Positions 27,891 through 36,496 of a DNA stretch of 64,000 bases are shown here, in pieces; position 1 is the first letter of the stretch, and each line of letters opens with the position of its first letter. The position numbers and the translations under genes were made by a program. The notes beneath the pieces were generated by a model. The model had not been told where the DNA came from, did not search any database, and saw nothing but the letters and a program-made list of their open reading frames with translations. Where the stretch lies: NCBI GenBank assembly GCA_038230835.1, contig JBBRMM010000014.1:13214-77213 (forward strand), read 5' to 3'. Origin of the DNA: Gaiellales bacterium. GTDB lineage: Bacteria; Actinomycetota; Thermoleophilia; Gaiellales; JAICJC01.

Positions 27891-28409
27891 TTACAAGCGT
27901 CCGCGCAGGTACAACTCGAGCGCCTGCACCCCGTTTCGGAACGCGATCTGGTCGCTGGGAGGCAGGGCGTCGGGAGCAAACCAGCCGATCTCGCTGACGT
28001 CGTCGGCGGCGACCGGTGTCCCGGAGCGAACGACGGCGGTGTAGTAGAGGTTCAGCGTGAACCCGGCATCCCCGTAGCTATCGGGGAACGTGCCCAGGTA
28101 TCCGGTGACCTCGATCTCCAGCCCGGTCTCCTCGAGCAGTTCTCGACGCACCGCGTCCACCGGGTCCTCGTTGATGTGGATGAACCCGCCCGGCAGATCC
28201 CACATGCCGAGGAACGGCTCGATCGCGCGCCGGGTGAGCATGATCTCGCCCGCTTGCCCGATGACGATCGCGGTGGCGGTGGGAGCGGGATTCTCGTACA
28301 CCACAAGCCCGCAGGCCGGGCAGTGCAACCGCTCGGCGCCCTCCACCGGGCCGCGACGCAGGTCCCCGGCGCAGCGCGGGCAGTGCACCCAGTCGGCGTG
28401 CGAGCTCAT
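27891..28409 (-). CDS. NUDIX hydrolase with N-terminal zinc-ribbon
   Basis: The ATG at 28409 overlaps the upstream stop (ATGA). CPRC...CPAC zinc ribbon. Nudix box GGFIHINEDPVDAVRRELLEETGL. Confidence 0.85.
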   Translation of the reverse strand: MSSHADWVHCPRCAGDLRRGPVEGAERLHCPACGLVVYENPAPTATAIVIGQAGEIMLTRRAIEPFLGMWDLPGGFIHINEDPVDAVRRELLEETGLEIEVTGYLGTFPDSYGDAGFTLNLYYTAVVRSGTPVAADDVSEIGWFAPDALPPSDQIAFRNGVQALELYLRGRL

Positions 28410-29398
28410 GCGGCCGCCACCACGCCGTCGCACAGGTCGGGCCAACCGCCGGGCCGCATCGGCCAGCCGGAGTAGGTGCCGCGGTTGGCGAGGCAGACCA
28501 GGCCGACCTCATGCTCGAGATCGGCAAAGAAGAGCGTCCCCGACGCCCCGAAGTGCGACAGGGTCGAGGGGGCGACTCGACCGCCGGTCCAGTGCGGCGA
28601 CTTCGCGTCACGGATGTCGCAGCCCAGGCCCCAGTCGGCGGTCTCCCAGGTCAGGAACGACTCGATGCCGCCCGCCAGCCCCGGATACTGCACCGCGGCG
28701 AACTCGTCGAATGTCTCTCCGGCCATCAACGGGGCGCCGCGCCGAAGCAGCATCCCGACGAAGCGCAGATAGGCGTCGAGGGTCGCAAAGCCGCCGCCCG
28801 CCGCGGTTCCGCGCGATCGCCAAGCGCGGCTGTTGAAGAGCGCCACCCCCGGCGCCGCCAGCCCCGGTTCACGAACCTCGAGCGCCCGCGGGTACTCAGG
28901 TTCGGGCAGACCGATGTAGGCGTCCATGCCCAGTGGCTCGAAGACCGCGCGCCGGACGTACTCGGCATGCCCGATCCCCGTCGCCGCCCCCAGCAGCGCT
29001 CCGAGCACGGCATACCCCTCGTTGGAGTACACGCGCCTGGTCGCCGGTGGTCGCACCGGATCCACGTCCACGGCTGCAACCCCCGGCGGTCCGACCTCGG
29101 GCAGCCCGGAGGCGTGCGCGAGCAGATGACGCGCGGTGATGTCCGCCCGCGACGCGGATCCGTAGGTGGGCAGGTGCACCGCCAGCGGTGCGTCGAGATC
29201 GACCGCACCCTCCTCGGCCGCCACCATGCACGCGACCGCGACCACCGGCTTCGTCAGCGACGCGAGTGCGAACAGCGAGCGCCCGGTGGCGGCCCCGGCG
29301 AGCCGCGAATCGCGCACGCCCGCGGGCGTGACCACGGCTGCGGCAACCGCGCCGACGGTCCCGTCGACCACCCAGGTGTCTATCATTTTCAAGGGCAT
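28406..29398 (-). CDS. Serine hydrolase (beta-lactamase class C / PBP4*-like family)
   Basis: Starts at the ATG at 29398 (MPLKMIDTW). SxxK motif ASLTKPV and a YSNEGY motif. The longer track ORF to 29809 has a non-coding-like N-terminus. Confidence 0.8.
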   Translation of the reverse strand: MPLKMIDTWVVDGTVGAVAAAVVTPAGVRDSRLAGAATGRSLFALASLTKPVVAVACMVAAEEGAVDLDAPLAVHLPTYGSASRADITARHLLAHASGLPEVGPPGVAAVDVDPVRPPATRRVYSNEGYAVLGALLGAATGIGHAEYVRRAVFEPLGMDAYIGLPEPEYPRALEVREPGLAAPGVALFNSRAWRSRGTAAGGGFATLDAYLRFVGMLLRRGAPLMAGETFDEFAAVQYPGLAGGIESFLTWETADWGLGCDIRDAKSPHWTGGRVAPSTLSHFGASGTLFFADLEHEVGLVCLANRGTYSGWPMRPGGWPDLCDGVVAAA

Positions 29399-29456
29399 GA
29401 CGTCGAATCCTACGAGGATGGCGTCGCGTGGGCACGCGTGTAAGGTTGGAGAAGGG

Positions 29457-30092
29457 ATGGACGGTCTGGAGACACGAGGCACAAACCCCCCGGTGGGACC
29501 CGAACTCGACCCCCCGCGCGGGGACGAGGGTCTTGACGACTGGTTCGCTCGCCGACTCGCGGCGCAGGGAATCCTGTCCCGCCGGGTGGGGTTCCCGATC
29601 TCCCGGGTGGTCGCGGTCGCCGCCTTGGCCGTGGCTGTCGGGCTCGCGTTGTGGGTCATGTCGGGCATCGGCGGCTCGTCCACGGTCGCAAAGACATCGA
29701 CCGCCCCGTCCGGCGGCTCGACGCACACCACCCCCGGCCCGTCCACCGGCAAGAAGCAGAAACAGAAGCCCGCGGTGCTGTGGAACAAGGTTCCGCTGAC
29801 GGTCTTCAACGGCTACAGCGCCACGGTTCCCTCCGCCGGAGCCACCCAGACGCTGCTCAAGCAGCACGGCTGGAGCGTGCTTGCGATCAGCGACACGAGC
29901 CCCCAGAACCCCGCGCTGGTGACTTCCTACGTCGTCTACCCGCCGGGCAAGCTCGCAGCCGCCAAGGTCGTCGCAGCGAGGCTCAAGCTGAAACCCCCTG
30001 TGGCGCTCGCCAGCGCGCCGGGCGTACCTTCGACGCTGACCACCGTGGCCATCGTGCTCGGGTCGAGTTTGCTGCCGGCACTGGGTGCTTAG
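29457..30092 (+). CDS. Membrane-anchored LytR_C-domain protein
   Basis: GGAGAAGGG precedes the ATG at 29457. There is one TM segment (VVAVAALAVAVGLALWV) and a Ser/Thr/Pro/Lys linker. The C-terminal VFNGYSATVPSAGATQTLLKQHGW...VVYPP segment is typical of the LytR C-terminal domain. Confidence 0.7.
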   Translation: MDGLETRGTNPPVGPELDPPRGDEGLDDWFARRLAAQGILSRRVGFPISRVVAVAALAVAVGLALWVMSGIGGSSTVAKTSTAPSGGSTHTTPGPSTGKKQKQKPAVLWNKVPLTVFNGYSATVPSAGATQTLLKQHGWSVLAISDTSPQNPALVTSYVVYPPGKLAAAKVVAARLKLKPPVALASAPGVPSTLTTVAIVLGSSLLPALGA

Positions 30093-30156
30093 AGCCCATC
30101 CCGGCTCTCAGTCGGTGTGCGGGAACCGAACCTCCCGGGCGACGGTCGGAAGAGGC

Positions 30157-30723
30157 GTGAGTCGCGCGCGACAGATGGTCGTCCTCGTCCTCGCCCCGGT
30201 ACTGGCCGCGGGATGCGCGCACGGATCCGCGATCTCGACCTCCCAGGGCCCGACGGCGGGCGCCCCGGGCACCGGAACATCCGGTGGCGCTCCGACGACG
30301 GCCGTCGTGGCGGTTGTGAACGCCGAGCTGGTGGTCACGTACCCGGTCGGGCCGCCGCAGCACACCCGGCCAAGTCCAACCGCGAGCTGCCCGTCCGCGG
30401 CCCGGTGCTCCGTCCGGGGGCTGCCGTTCGGGCACGAGCCGCGCCGGTACCAGCTCGTCGCCGTCCGCCGTCTGACCTGCGCGCCCGGCCGGTCGCACGG
30501 CGACTACGCCGACGCCACCGCCGCCTGCCGCAGCGCGCATCAGTTCGTCGAGCTGCTCAGGCGACCCCACCTCGACTGCAAATGCTTGCAGTCGGCCGAC
30601 TTCTCCGCTCGCGCGACGGGCGAGCTCGCGGGGGCGCACATCAACCTGGGGCTCAGTGGCTGCGCCGTGTGCGGCCTGGGTAAGGCGGCCATCCACGACG
30701 TGGCGACATTGACGCCCGGCTGA
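30157..30723 (+). CDS. Hypothetical Cys-rich probable lipoprotein (Cys spacing faintly reminiscent of SSI-type protease inhibitors)
   Basis: The GTG at 30157 gives VSRARQMVVLVLAPVLAAGC. The segment LTCAPGRSHGDYADATAACRSA...CKC...GCAVC gives four or more conserved-looking Cys. The functional call is weak. Confidence 0.55.
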   Translation: MSRARQMVVLVLAPVLAAGCAHGSAISTSQGPTAGAPGTGTSGGAPTTAVVAVVNAELVVTYPVGPPQHTRPSPTASCPSAARCSVRGLPFGHEPRRYQLVAVRRLTCAPGRSHGDYADATAACRSAHQFVELLRRPHLDCKCLQSADFSARATGELAGAHINLGLSGCAVCGLGKAAIHDVATLTPG

Positions 30724-30730
30724 TGCGTGG

Positions 30731-32167
30731 TCAAACGGCGGCGGCGGCGGCCGCCTCACGCAGCAGATCCCACGCTCGAGCCACGTGGCGGCGCTCGGTG
30801 CCCGCGTTACCGATCGCGATCCGCACCGCGTACGCCCCGCGCAGCTCGGTGTGGGACAGGAAGACGCTGCCCGACGCGTTCACGGCTGTCACGATCCGCT
30901 CGTTGTGGGCGCGCAGCACCGCCTCGTCATCGACGCCGGCCGGGACGTGCCGGAAGCAGACCGTGGAGAACGGCACCGGCGCCAACCGTTCCCAACCCGG
31001 TTCGGCGTCCACCCACGAGCGCAGCTCACCGGCCAGGTCGACGTGCCCGGCGATGATCTCGGCCAGCCCGTCCGCGCCGTACGTGCGCAGCACCATCCAC
31101 AGCTTGAGCGCCCGAAACCGGCGCCCCAGCACCAACCCGTAGTCCATCAGGTTCACGACCTCGTCGTGCTCGCTTCGCAGGTACTCGGGTACCACCGAGA
31201 ATGCGGAGCGCAGCGCGTCGGGGCGGGCCGTCCACAGCAGGCTGCAGTCCAGCGGCGTGAGCAGCCACTTGTGCGGGTTGATCACGATCGAGTCGGCCCG
31301 CTCGCAGCCGTCCAGCACCCAGCGCATCGCCGGCACCACGGCGGCCGACCCGCCGTAGGCGGCGTCGACGTGCAGCCACATGCCGTGCTCGGCGCAGATG
31401 TCGGCGATCGCGGGCACCGGGTCGATGCTGGTCGACGAGGTGGTGCCGACCGTGGCCACCACCGCGAGCGGTCGGCGACCGGCTGCCACGTCGGCGCTGA
31501 CGGCCTCCTCGAGTTGTCCGGGCTGCAGCCGGAACACCTCGTCGGTAGTGATCTTGACCAGCCCGTCCTGGCCCAGCCCGAGAGCGATGCAGGCCTTCTC
31601 GACCGACGAATGGGCCTCCTGCGACGCGTACACGCGCAACTGCGGCAGATCGTCGCGACCCGCCATCCCCCGCCGGCGTACATCCAGCCCCACCGCCTCG
31701 CGAGCCGCAGCCAGCGCGTAGAACGTGGACGACGACGCCCCGTCCGTGATCTCGCCGAACCAGGTCTCGGGCAGGCCGACCAGTTCCGCGACCCAGCGCA
31801 GCGTGACCTGCTCGAGCTCGGTGGCAGCAGGCGACGTGCGCCACAGCATCGGGTTCACGTTCAGCGTCGCCGCCACCAGTTCGCCGAGGATTCCCGGAGG
31901 CGACCCGGTGATCCCGAAGTAGGCCATGAAGCCGGGATGGTTCCAGTGCGTGAGACCAGGCACGATCACGCGGTCGACGTCAGCCAGCAAGCCGGCCATG
32001 CCCTCACCGTGGCGTGGAGCGTGCTCGTCCAGCCTGCCGGCGATGTCCCCCGGCGCGACCGTCGCCATCACAGGCAAGGCGTCGATCCCGGACAGATAGT
32101 CGGCCGCCCAGTCGGCGGCCGCGTGCAGCGCGGCACGCAGTTCCTCGGGCCCGGGCGGGGCGCTCAC
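30731..32167 (-). CDS. Pyridoxal-dependent (group II) amino-acid decarboxylase, aromatic-L-amino-acid/DABA decarboxylase-like
   Basis: Family motifs are THWNHPGFMAYF, NVNPMLW..SPAATELE and SIVINPHKWLL (PLP-lysine region). Its 4-nt start overlaps the stop of the upstream aminotransferase gene. Confidence 0.88.
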   Translation of the reverse strand: MSAPPGPEELRAALHAAADWAADYLSGIDALPVMATVAPGDIAGRLDEHAPRHGEGMAGLLADVDRVIVPGLTHWNHPGFMAYFGITGSPPGILGELVAATLNVNPMLWRTSPAATELEQVTLRWVAELVGLPETWFGEITDGASSSTFYALAAAREAVGLDVRRRGMAGRDDLPQLRVYASQEAHSSVEKACIALGLGQDGLVKITTDEVFRLQPGQLEEAVSADVAAGRRPLAVVATVGTTSSTSIDPVPAIADICAEHGMWLHVDAAYGGSAAVVPAMRWVLDGCERADSIVINPHKWLLTPLDCSLLWTARPDALRSAFSVVPEYLRSEHDEVVNLMDYGLVLGRRFRALKLWMVLRTYGADGLAEIIAGHVDLAGELRSWVDAEPGWERLAPVPFSTVCFRHVPAGVDDEAVLRAHNERIVTAVNASGSVFLSHTELRGAYAVRIAIGNAGTERRHVARAWDLLREAAAAAAV

Positions 32168-33429
32168 AGCCCCTGCTCGACGGCCTCCAGCGCGCCGTCG
32201 AGCTTCTCGGTCAGCTCGTCGATGTCGGCGTCGGAGATGATCAGCGGCGGCGCCAGCAGGACCGCGTCCATGTGCTCGTTGCCGACCGGCGTGGGACAGC
32301 CGTAGATCATCAGCCCGCGCTCACGTGCGGCCGCCGTCAGCGCCCCGGTCACGTTGCGGTCGGGGTGGAAGCGTGCGCCTGACGGATCGCGAAGCTCGAT
32401 CCCCTGCAGCAGCCCGCGGCCGCGCAGGGCGTGCATCAGTGGATGGCGCTCGCGCAGGCGTTCGAGCTCTGCGCGGATCCGGCCGCCCTTCACCGACGCC
32501 GCCTCGACCAGGCCCTCCTGCTCGATCACATCGAGCACGGCGCAGCCGACGGCACAGCCGATCGGGTAGCCCGAGAACGTGTGCCCGTACGAGAACCCGG
32601 ACGGCGACGTCTCGATCACCTCGCGGATGCGCCGGGAAGCGACCATCCCCGACAGCGGGATCACACCGCCGCCGATGCCCTTGCCGAACGTGATCACGTC
32701 CGGCACGGCGCCGAAATGCTCGCTCGCAAACCAGCGACCCGTGCGGCCGAAGGCGGTGATCACCTCGTCGGCGATCAGCAGCACGTCGTGACGGTCGCAC
32801 ACCTCGCGCACGGCCTTCAGGTAGCCGTCGGGCAGGTCGACCGCTGCGCCCGACGAGCCGGTCACCGGCTCCACCACGAACGCCGCGACATGGTCGGCGC
32901 CCCGCGACTGGATGGCCGCCTCGAGGGCAGCGGCGCCCTCCTGCGCGGTGTCCGAGTTTGGCACCACGGCATACTTCTGCAGCAGCAGTTCGAACGGCGC
33001 CCGCCAGCGCGACCCCGAAAGCGAGAGCGCACCCATGGTCGAGCCGTGGTAGCTGGTGACCCGAGACAGGAATTCCACCTTGCCCGGCTTTTCGAGGAGC
33101 TCCCAGTACAGAACGGCCAGATGCAGGGCCGATTCGTTGGCCTCCGACCCCGACGAGTTGAAGAAGCACCACTCGAGATCGCCGGGGGCGACGCCGGCCA
33201 CACGGCGGGCGAGATCGACCATCGGCTGGTTCCTGAACGAGAAGCGATAGGTGAACGTCAACTCCCGAGCCTGCCGCTCGAGCGCCTCGACGATCTTCGG
33301 ATGGCAGTGGCCGAGCAGCATCACCATCGCACCGCCGCAGGCATCCAGGTAGCGACGCCCCTCGGCCTCGATGTGGCAGCCCGACGCGCGGTCGGCCATC
33401 GGAACGACGCGACCGGGACTTGCCGTCAT
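32164..33429 (-). CDS. Class-III (omega-type) PLP aminotransferase
   Basis: Motifs FFNSSGSEANESAL, LLIADEVITAFGRTG and FGKGIGGG (PLP-Lys). Start taken at the ATG at 33429; alternative GTG at 33459 and TTG at 33468. Confidence 0.88.
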   Translation of the reverse strand: MTASPGRVVPMADRASGCHIEAEGRRYLDACGGAMVMLLGHCHPKIVEALERQARELTFTYRFSFRNQPMVDLARRVAGVAPGDLEWCFFNSSGSEANESALHLAVLYWELLEKPGKVEFLSRVTSYHGSTMGALSLSGSRWRAPFELLLQKYAVVPNSDTAQEGAAALEAAIQSRGADHVAAFVVEPVTGSSGAAVDLPDGYLKAVREVCDRHDVLLIADEVITAFGRTGRWFASEHFGAVPDVITFGKGIGGGVIPLSGMVASRRIREVIETSPSGFSYGHTFSGYPIGCAVGCAVLDVIEQEGLVEAASVKGGRIRAELERLRERHPLMHALRGRGLLQGIELRDPSGARFHPDRNVTGALTAAARERGLMIYGCPTPVGNEHMDAVLLAPPLIISDADIDELTEKLDGALEAVEQGL

Positions 33430-33547
33430 CGAGAAGTCGGTGCTGGGGGCGGTGCTCACAGGCTCCAAGTCTAGATCACGGGGCGGCCGAGGCGCGGTGC
33501 TCCGCGTCCGGCCCGACCGGGAGAGTCGCCACTATTGGCGGGTGTAG

Positions 33548-33811
33548 TTCTTCGGTCGCGACCGGCAAGGAAAGTCCTCGGCTCTGCTGTACAACTTCAC
33601 GACCAAGTCGATCCGGGTACTGCTCACCGTCGCGCTCAATTTCGAAGGGGACGGCCTACGTCCAGCCCAGACCACACTGCAGACCTTCAACGCCGGCACC
33701 GATCTGGCCGACCTCACAACCTACAACGACGGTTCCAACAACCAGGTGTTCTACACCCGCTTTACGTGTTCCAACGGCGGTCAGGACATCTACCGGGTCG
33801 CCGCACCCTGA
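33548..33811 (+). pseudogene. Start-less C-terminal remnant paralogous to the 3' end of the adjacent 33903-34829 gene
   Basis: The frame is open from the TAG at 33545-47 to the TGA at 33809-11 with no ATG/GTG/TTG until near its end. It encodes ...TTLQTFNAGTDLADLTTYNDGSNNQVFYTRFTCSNGGQDIYRVAAP. The downstream protein ends TVLNSFTTGYDFADPFVVANGGSDDIYYTRLRCSTTGEDIYRVTN. Confidence 0.55.
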
Positions 33812-33902
33812 GCCAGCCTGGGGAGCCGCCGTGGCGGGCGGCTCCCCATCCCTCGTGCCGGCCGCTACCATCCCCCGGGTCCCGTCCGCCGCAGGAGGCT
33901 CC

Positions 33903-34829
33903 ATGCAGGTCTCGACGTCCCGTCGCCGCGCCGGCCTCGCCGCCGTGTCGCTGATCGCGCTCGCAGTCGGCGTGCCCGTCGCCTACGCAAACCTCACCGC
34001 GACCGCGATCAAGGCGCAGCCGAACCCGATCCACGAGATCACGCCGGCGGCCTCGAGCGCCTACTTCGCCTGGGCCCAGAACAGTGCGGTGCATCCCAAC
34101 CTGTTCAACGAGTACGCCCAGCCCATCGGCGGCGGCACGGTGACGCGCGTGAACCCGCTCAACACCACGGCCTACGGCGGCGGCATCTCCAACACACGGC
34201 TCGCGTTCCAGCAGATCTCCGGCAAGAACTCGGACATCAAGTTCTACAACCTCGCCCTGCACCAGCACTCCAACCCGCCGCCTGGGGTCAACTCGACGGA
34301 CTGGGAGTGGCTGCCCAGCATCACCGACCAGTGGATCCTGTTCGGGCGCTACCGCGGGGGCAACTCGCTGGGGCTTCTGTTCAACCTGACCACCCACTCG
34401 TTCCGCATCCTGGCCAGCGTCCCGTTCAACTCCAAGGGCACCTCGTACGTCGAGCCGGACCAGGTGAACGGCGACTACGCGGTCTACACGGTGTTCTACG
34501 CCAACCAACCGTCACGTGTCTTTCGCTACCAGATCTCCACCCACCTCCAGACCCAGCCCGCGGTGAACACCAACTGGCACACCGCTGCGGCCGTCTCCAC
34601 CACCGGCAACGTCTACTTCGACGAGAGCGGCGCCAAGTGCGGCAGCGGAGCGAGGCTGGTCAAGTGGAACGGCGCGAATCTGAGCGTTCCCACTGTGCTC
34701 AACTCCTTCACCACCGGCTACGACTTCGCCGACCCATTCGTGGTGGCAAACGGCGGGTCGGATGACATCTACTACACCCGGTTGCGGTGCTCGACCACCG
34801 GTGAGGACATCTACCGGGTGACCAACTGA
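33903..34829 (+). CDS. Secreted hypothetical protein
   Basis: AGGAGG lies upstream of the ATG at 33903, and the signal/anchor is MQVSTSRRRAGLAAVSLIALAVGVPVAYA. The beta-rich, Asn/Thr/Tyr-rich sequence has no recognisable catalytic motif. Confidence 0.7.
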   Translation: MQVSTSRRRAGLAAVSLIALAVGVPVAYANLTATAIKAQPNPIHEITPAASSAYFAWAQNSAVHPNLFNEYAQPIGGGTVTRVNPLNTTAYGGGISNTRLAFQQISGKNSDIKFYNLALHQHSNPPPGVNSTDWEWLPSITDQWILFGRYRGGNSLGLLFNLTTHSFRILASVPFNSKGTSYVEPDQVNGDYAVYTVFYANQPSRVFRYQISTHLQTQPAVNTNWHTAAAVSTTGNVYFDESGAKCGSGARLVKWNGANLSVPTVLNSFTTGYDFADPFVVANGGSDDIYYTRLRCSTTGEDIYRVTN

Positions 34830-34836
34830 CCGCCGC

Positions 34837-35646
34837 ATGAGCGGCCGCCGCCTCAGCGGCCGGGACTGTGCCCGCGCTCTGTGGCTGCTGGGGCTGAATC
34901 CGCCGGTCACCGCCGATCAACTCACCACCGCGTGGCGCACGCGGGTGTCCCGGGCGCACCCTGACCGGCACATCGCATCGGAGGCGCGCACAGAAGCCGC
35001 GCACGTGATGACACGCGCCCTCAACGAGGCCCGCATGGTCGTCGCCGAATGGATCGCCTCCGGTCGCGACTGGCCCGACGCGCGCGGCCGGCGCGAGTTG
35101 CGCTTCGATCAGCCCGAGCCGTGGCCCGAGCGTGAGCCGGACCCCCAGCCGGCCCCGATCGACCGCCATACCGGGCTCCGGCGCGGTGACCTGGTACGGC
35201 TGTGGCCGTACGACAGCGACGTCGAGTCGGTCGCCGGCATCGAGCGGGAGCCCTCTGCCGGGCGCGTGTGGGTGCATCTCGAAGGCGGCGGCTCGGCGCC
35301 CTCCGAACGCGTCCGGCTGGCCGCCTTCAGCTGCCCCGTGTGCGGCCTCTGCGCCGGGCCTGCGGTGGAATCCGTACGGATCCGGCCGTGCCCCGCCTGC
35401 ATGGTCGACCTGCGCCGGATCGAGCGCGAGCCGGCGGAGGCCACACGCGTGCGTGCAGCCATCGAAGCCCGGGCCCAAGCGGGGGGCGTGACGGCCGACG
35501 AGCTCGCCGACCCGGTGCTCGCCGATCGCGCCCGCGAGCGGCGGCGCTGGGCGCGGCGGCTGCGCACGGCGACGGCGGACGATCTGCACGCCGCGCTGCT
35601 GAGTGCGTTCGGCCGCGCGTTCGAGCGCTGGTCGACGCAGCAGTGA
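34837..35646 (+). CDS. Atypical J-domain protein with internal CxxC...CxxC zinc-ribbon
   Basis: The N-terminal LLGLNPPVTADQLTTAWRTRVSRAHPDRH segment contains the HPD tripeptide of J domains. The central CPVCGLC...CPAC is zinc-ribbon-like. It lacks the DnaJ G/F region and CxxCxGxG repeats. Confidence 0.7.
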   Translation: MSGRRLSGRDCARALWLLGLNPPVTADQLTTAWRTRVSRAHPDRHIASEARTEAAHVMTRALNEARMVVAEWIASGRDWPDARGRRELRFDQPEPWPEREPDPQPAPIDRHTGLRRGDLVRLWPYDSDVESVAGIEREPSAGRVWVHLEGGGSAPSERVRLAAFSCPVCGLCAGPAVESVRIRPCPACMVDLRRIEREPAEATRVRAAIEARAQAGGVTADELADPVLADRARERRRWARRLRTATADDLHAALLSAFGRAFERWSTQQ

Positions 35647-35668
35647 CCGCGCTCCCGCCGGTTGGACG

Positions 35669-36496
35669 TCAACCCTCCAACCCGATGATCGAGCGGGCCT
35701 GCTGCTGATCGGCGGCGGCGCGCCCCGCCAGCCGGCCAAGCGTGACCACGCGCTCGACGAACCGGGCGTTGGAGTCGGCCAGCTCGTGCGCGGACAGCCG
35801 CACGTTGTCCTCCATGCCGACACGCACGTGACCGCCGGCGGCGATCGCAAGCGTGGTCATCGGCTGCTGGTGGCGGCCGACCCCGATCACCGACCAGTGG
35901 GAGCCCAGGGGCACGCTCCCGACCAGGTGCATCAGGTTTCGCGGCGTGGCGGCGATCCCGCCCGGGATGCCCATGACGAACTGGAACCACAGCGGCTGCG
36001 CGAGCAGACCCTCGTCGGCCAGGCGGGTGCAGAACTCGACGTGCGACACGTCGAAACACTCGAGCTCGGGCTTGACGCCGTGCTCGAGCGCGGTGGCGGC
36101 CAGCCGGCGCAGGAACGTCGGCGGGTTCAGGAACACGCCGTCGCCGAAGTTCAGCGAGCCGGCGTCGAACGAGCACATGTCCGGCGCCAGTTCGACGACT
36201 GCCAGCCGTTCGGAGTCCCGCATGTCCCACGACCCGGCGGTGGTCAGGTTGACTACCAGCCCCGGCGCCGCCGCCCGCACCGCGGCAACCGTCTGCCGGT
36301 AGCGGCCGAGATCCATGGTCGGCCGGCCGGCGGCGTCGCGGACGTGAATGTGGATGACGGCCGCCCCTGCAGCCTGACTGGCCGCGGCCTCGGCGGCGAT
36401 CTCGCCGGGGTCGAGGGGGACGTGCGGCGTGCGCTCGCGGGTTGTGTCGGCGCCGGTCGGGGCGACCGTCACGACCAGCGGGCCGGTCGTGCTCAC
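35669..36496 (-). CDS. BKACE-family (3-keto-5-aminohexanoate cleavage enzyme-like, DUF849) protein
   Basis: The N-terminus VTVAPTGA...P..P.EIA, then VIHIHVRD and a C-terminal GGHVRVGMEDN, all characteristic of BKACE TIM-barrel enzymes. The start overlaps the upstream stop (ATGA). Confidence 0.85.
   Translation of the reverse strand: MSTTGPLVVTVAPTGADTTRERTPHVPLDPGEIAAEAAASQAAGAAVIHIHVRDAAGRPTMDLGRYRQTVAAVRAAAPGLVVNLTTAGSWDMRDSERLAVVELAPDMCSFDAGSLNFGDGVFLNPPTFLRRLAATALEHGVKPELECFDVSHVEFCTRLADEGLLAQPLWFQFVMGIPGGIAATPRNLMHLVGSVPLGSHWSVIGVGRHQQPMTTLAIAAGGHVRVGMEDNVRLSAHELADSNARFVERVVTLGRLAGRAAADQQQARSIIGLEG

Noticed and set aside
33569-33577. GGAAAGTCC(TC)GGCTC, resembling the RNase P RNA CR-I/P4 motif GGAAAGUCCGGGCUC, inside a 434-nt gap.
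   Set aside because: No partner P4 strand (ACAGAAxCCGGCUUA) or other conserved RNase P regions lie nearby. The region instead reads as a protein-coding remnant homologous to the downstream gene.
33548-34829. Remnant plus full-length gene considered as a diversity-generating retroelement TR/VR pair.
   Set aside because: The nucleotide identity between remnant and gene 3' end is only moderate. Differences are not confined to adenines, and no reverse transcriptase gene is in the window.
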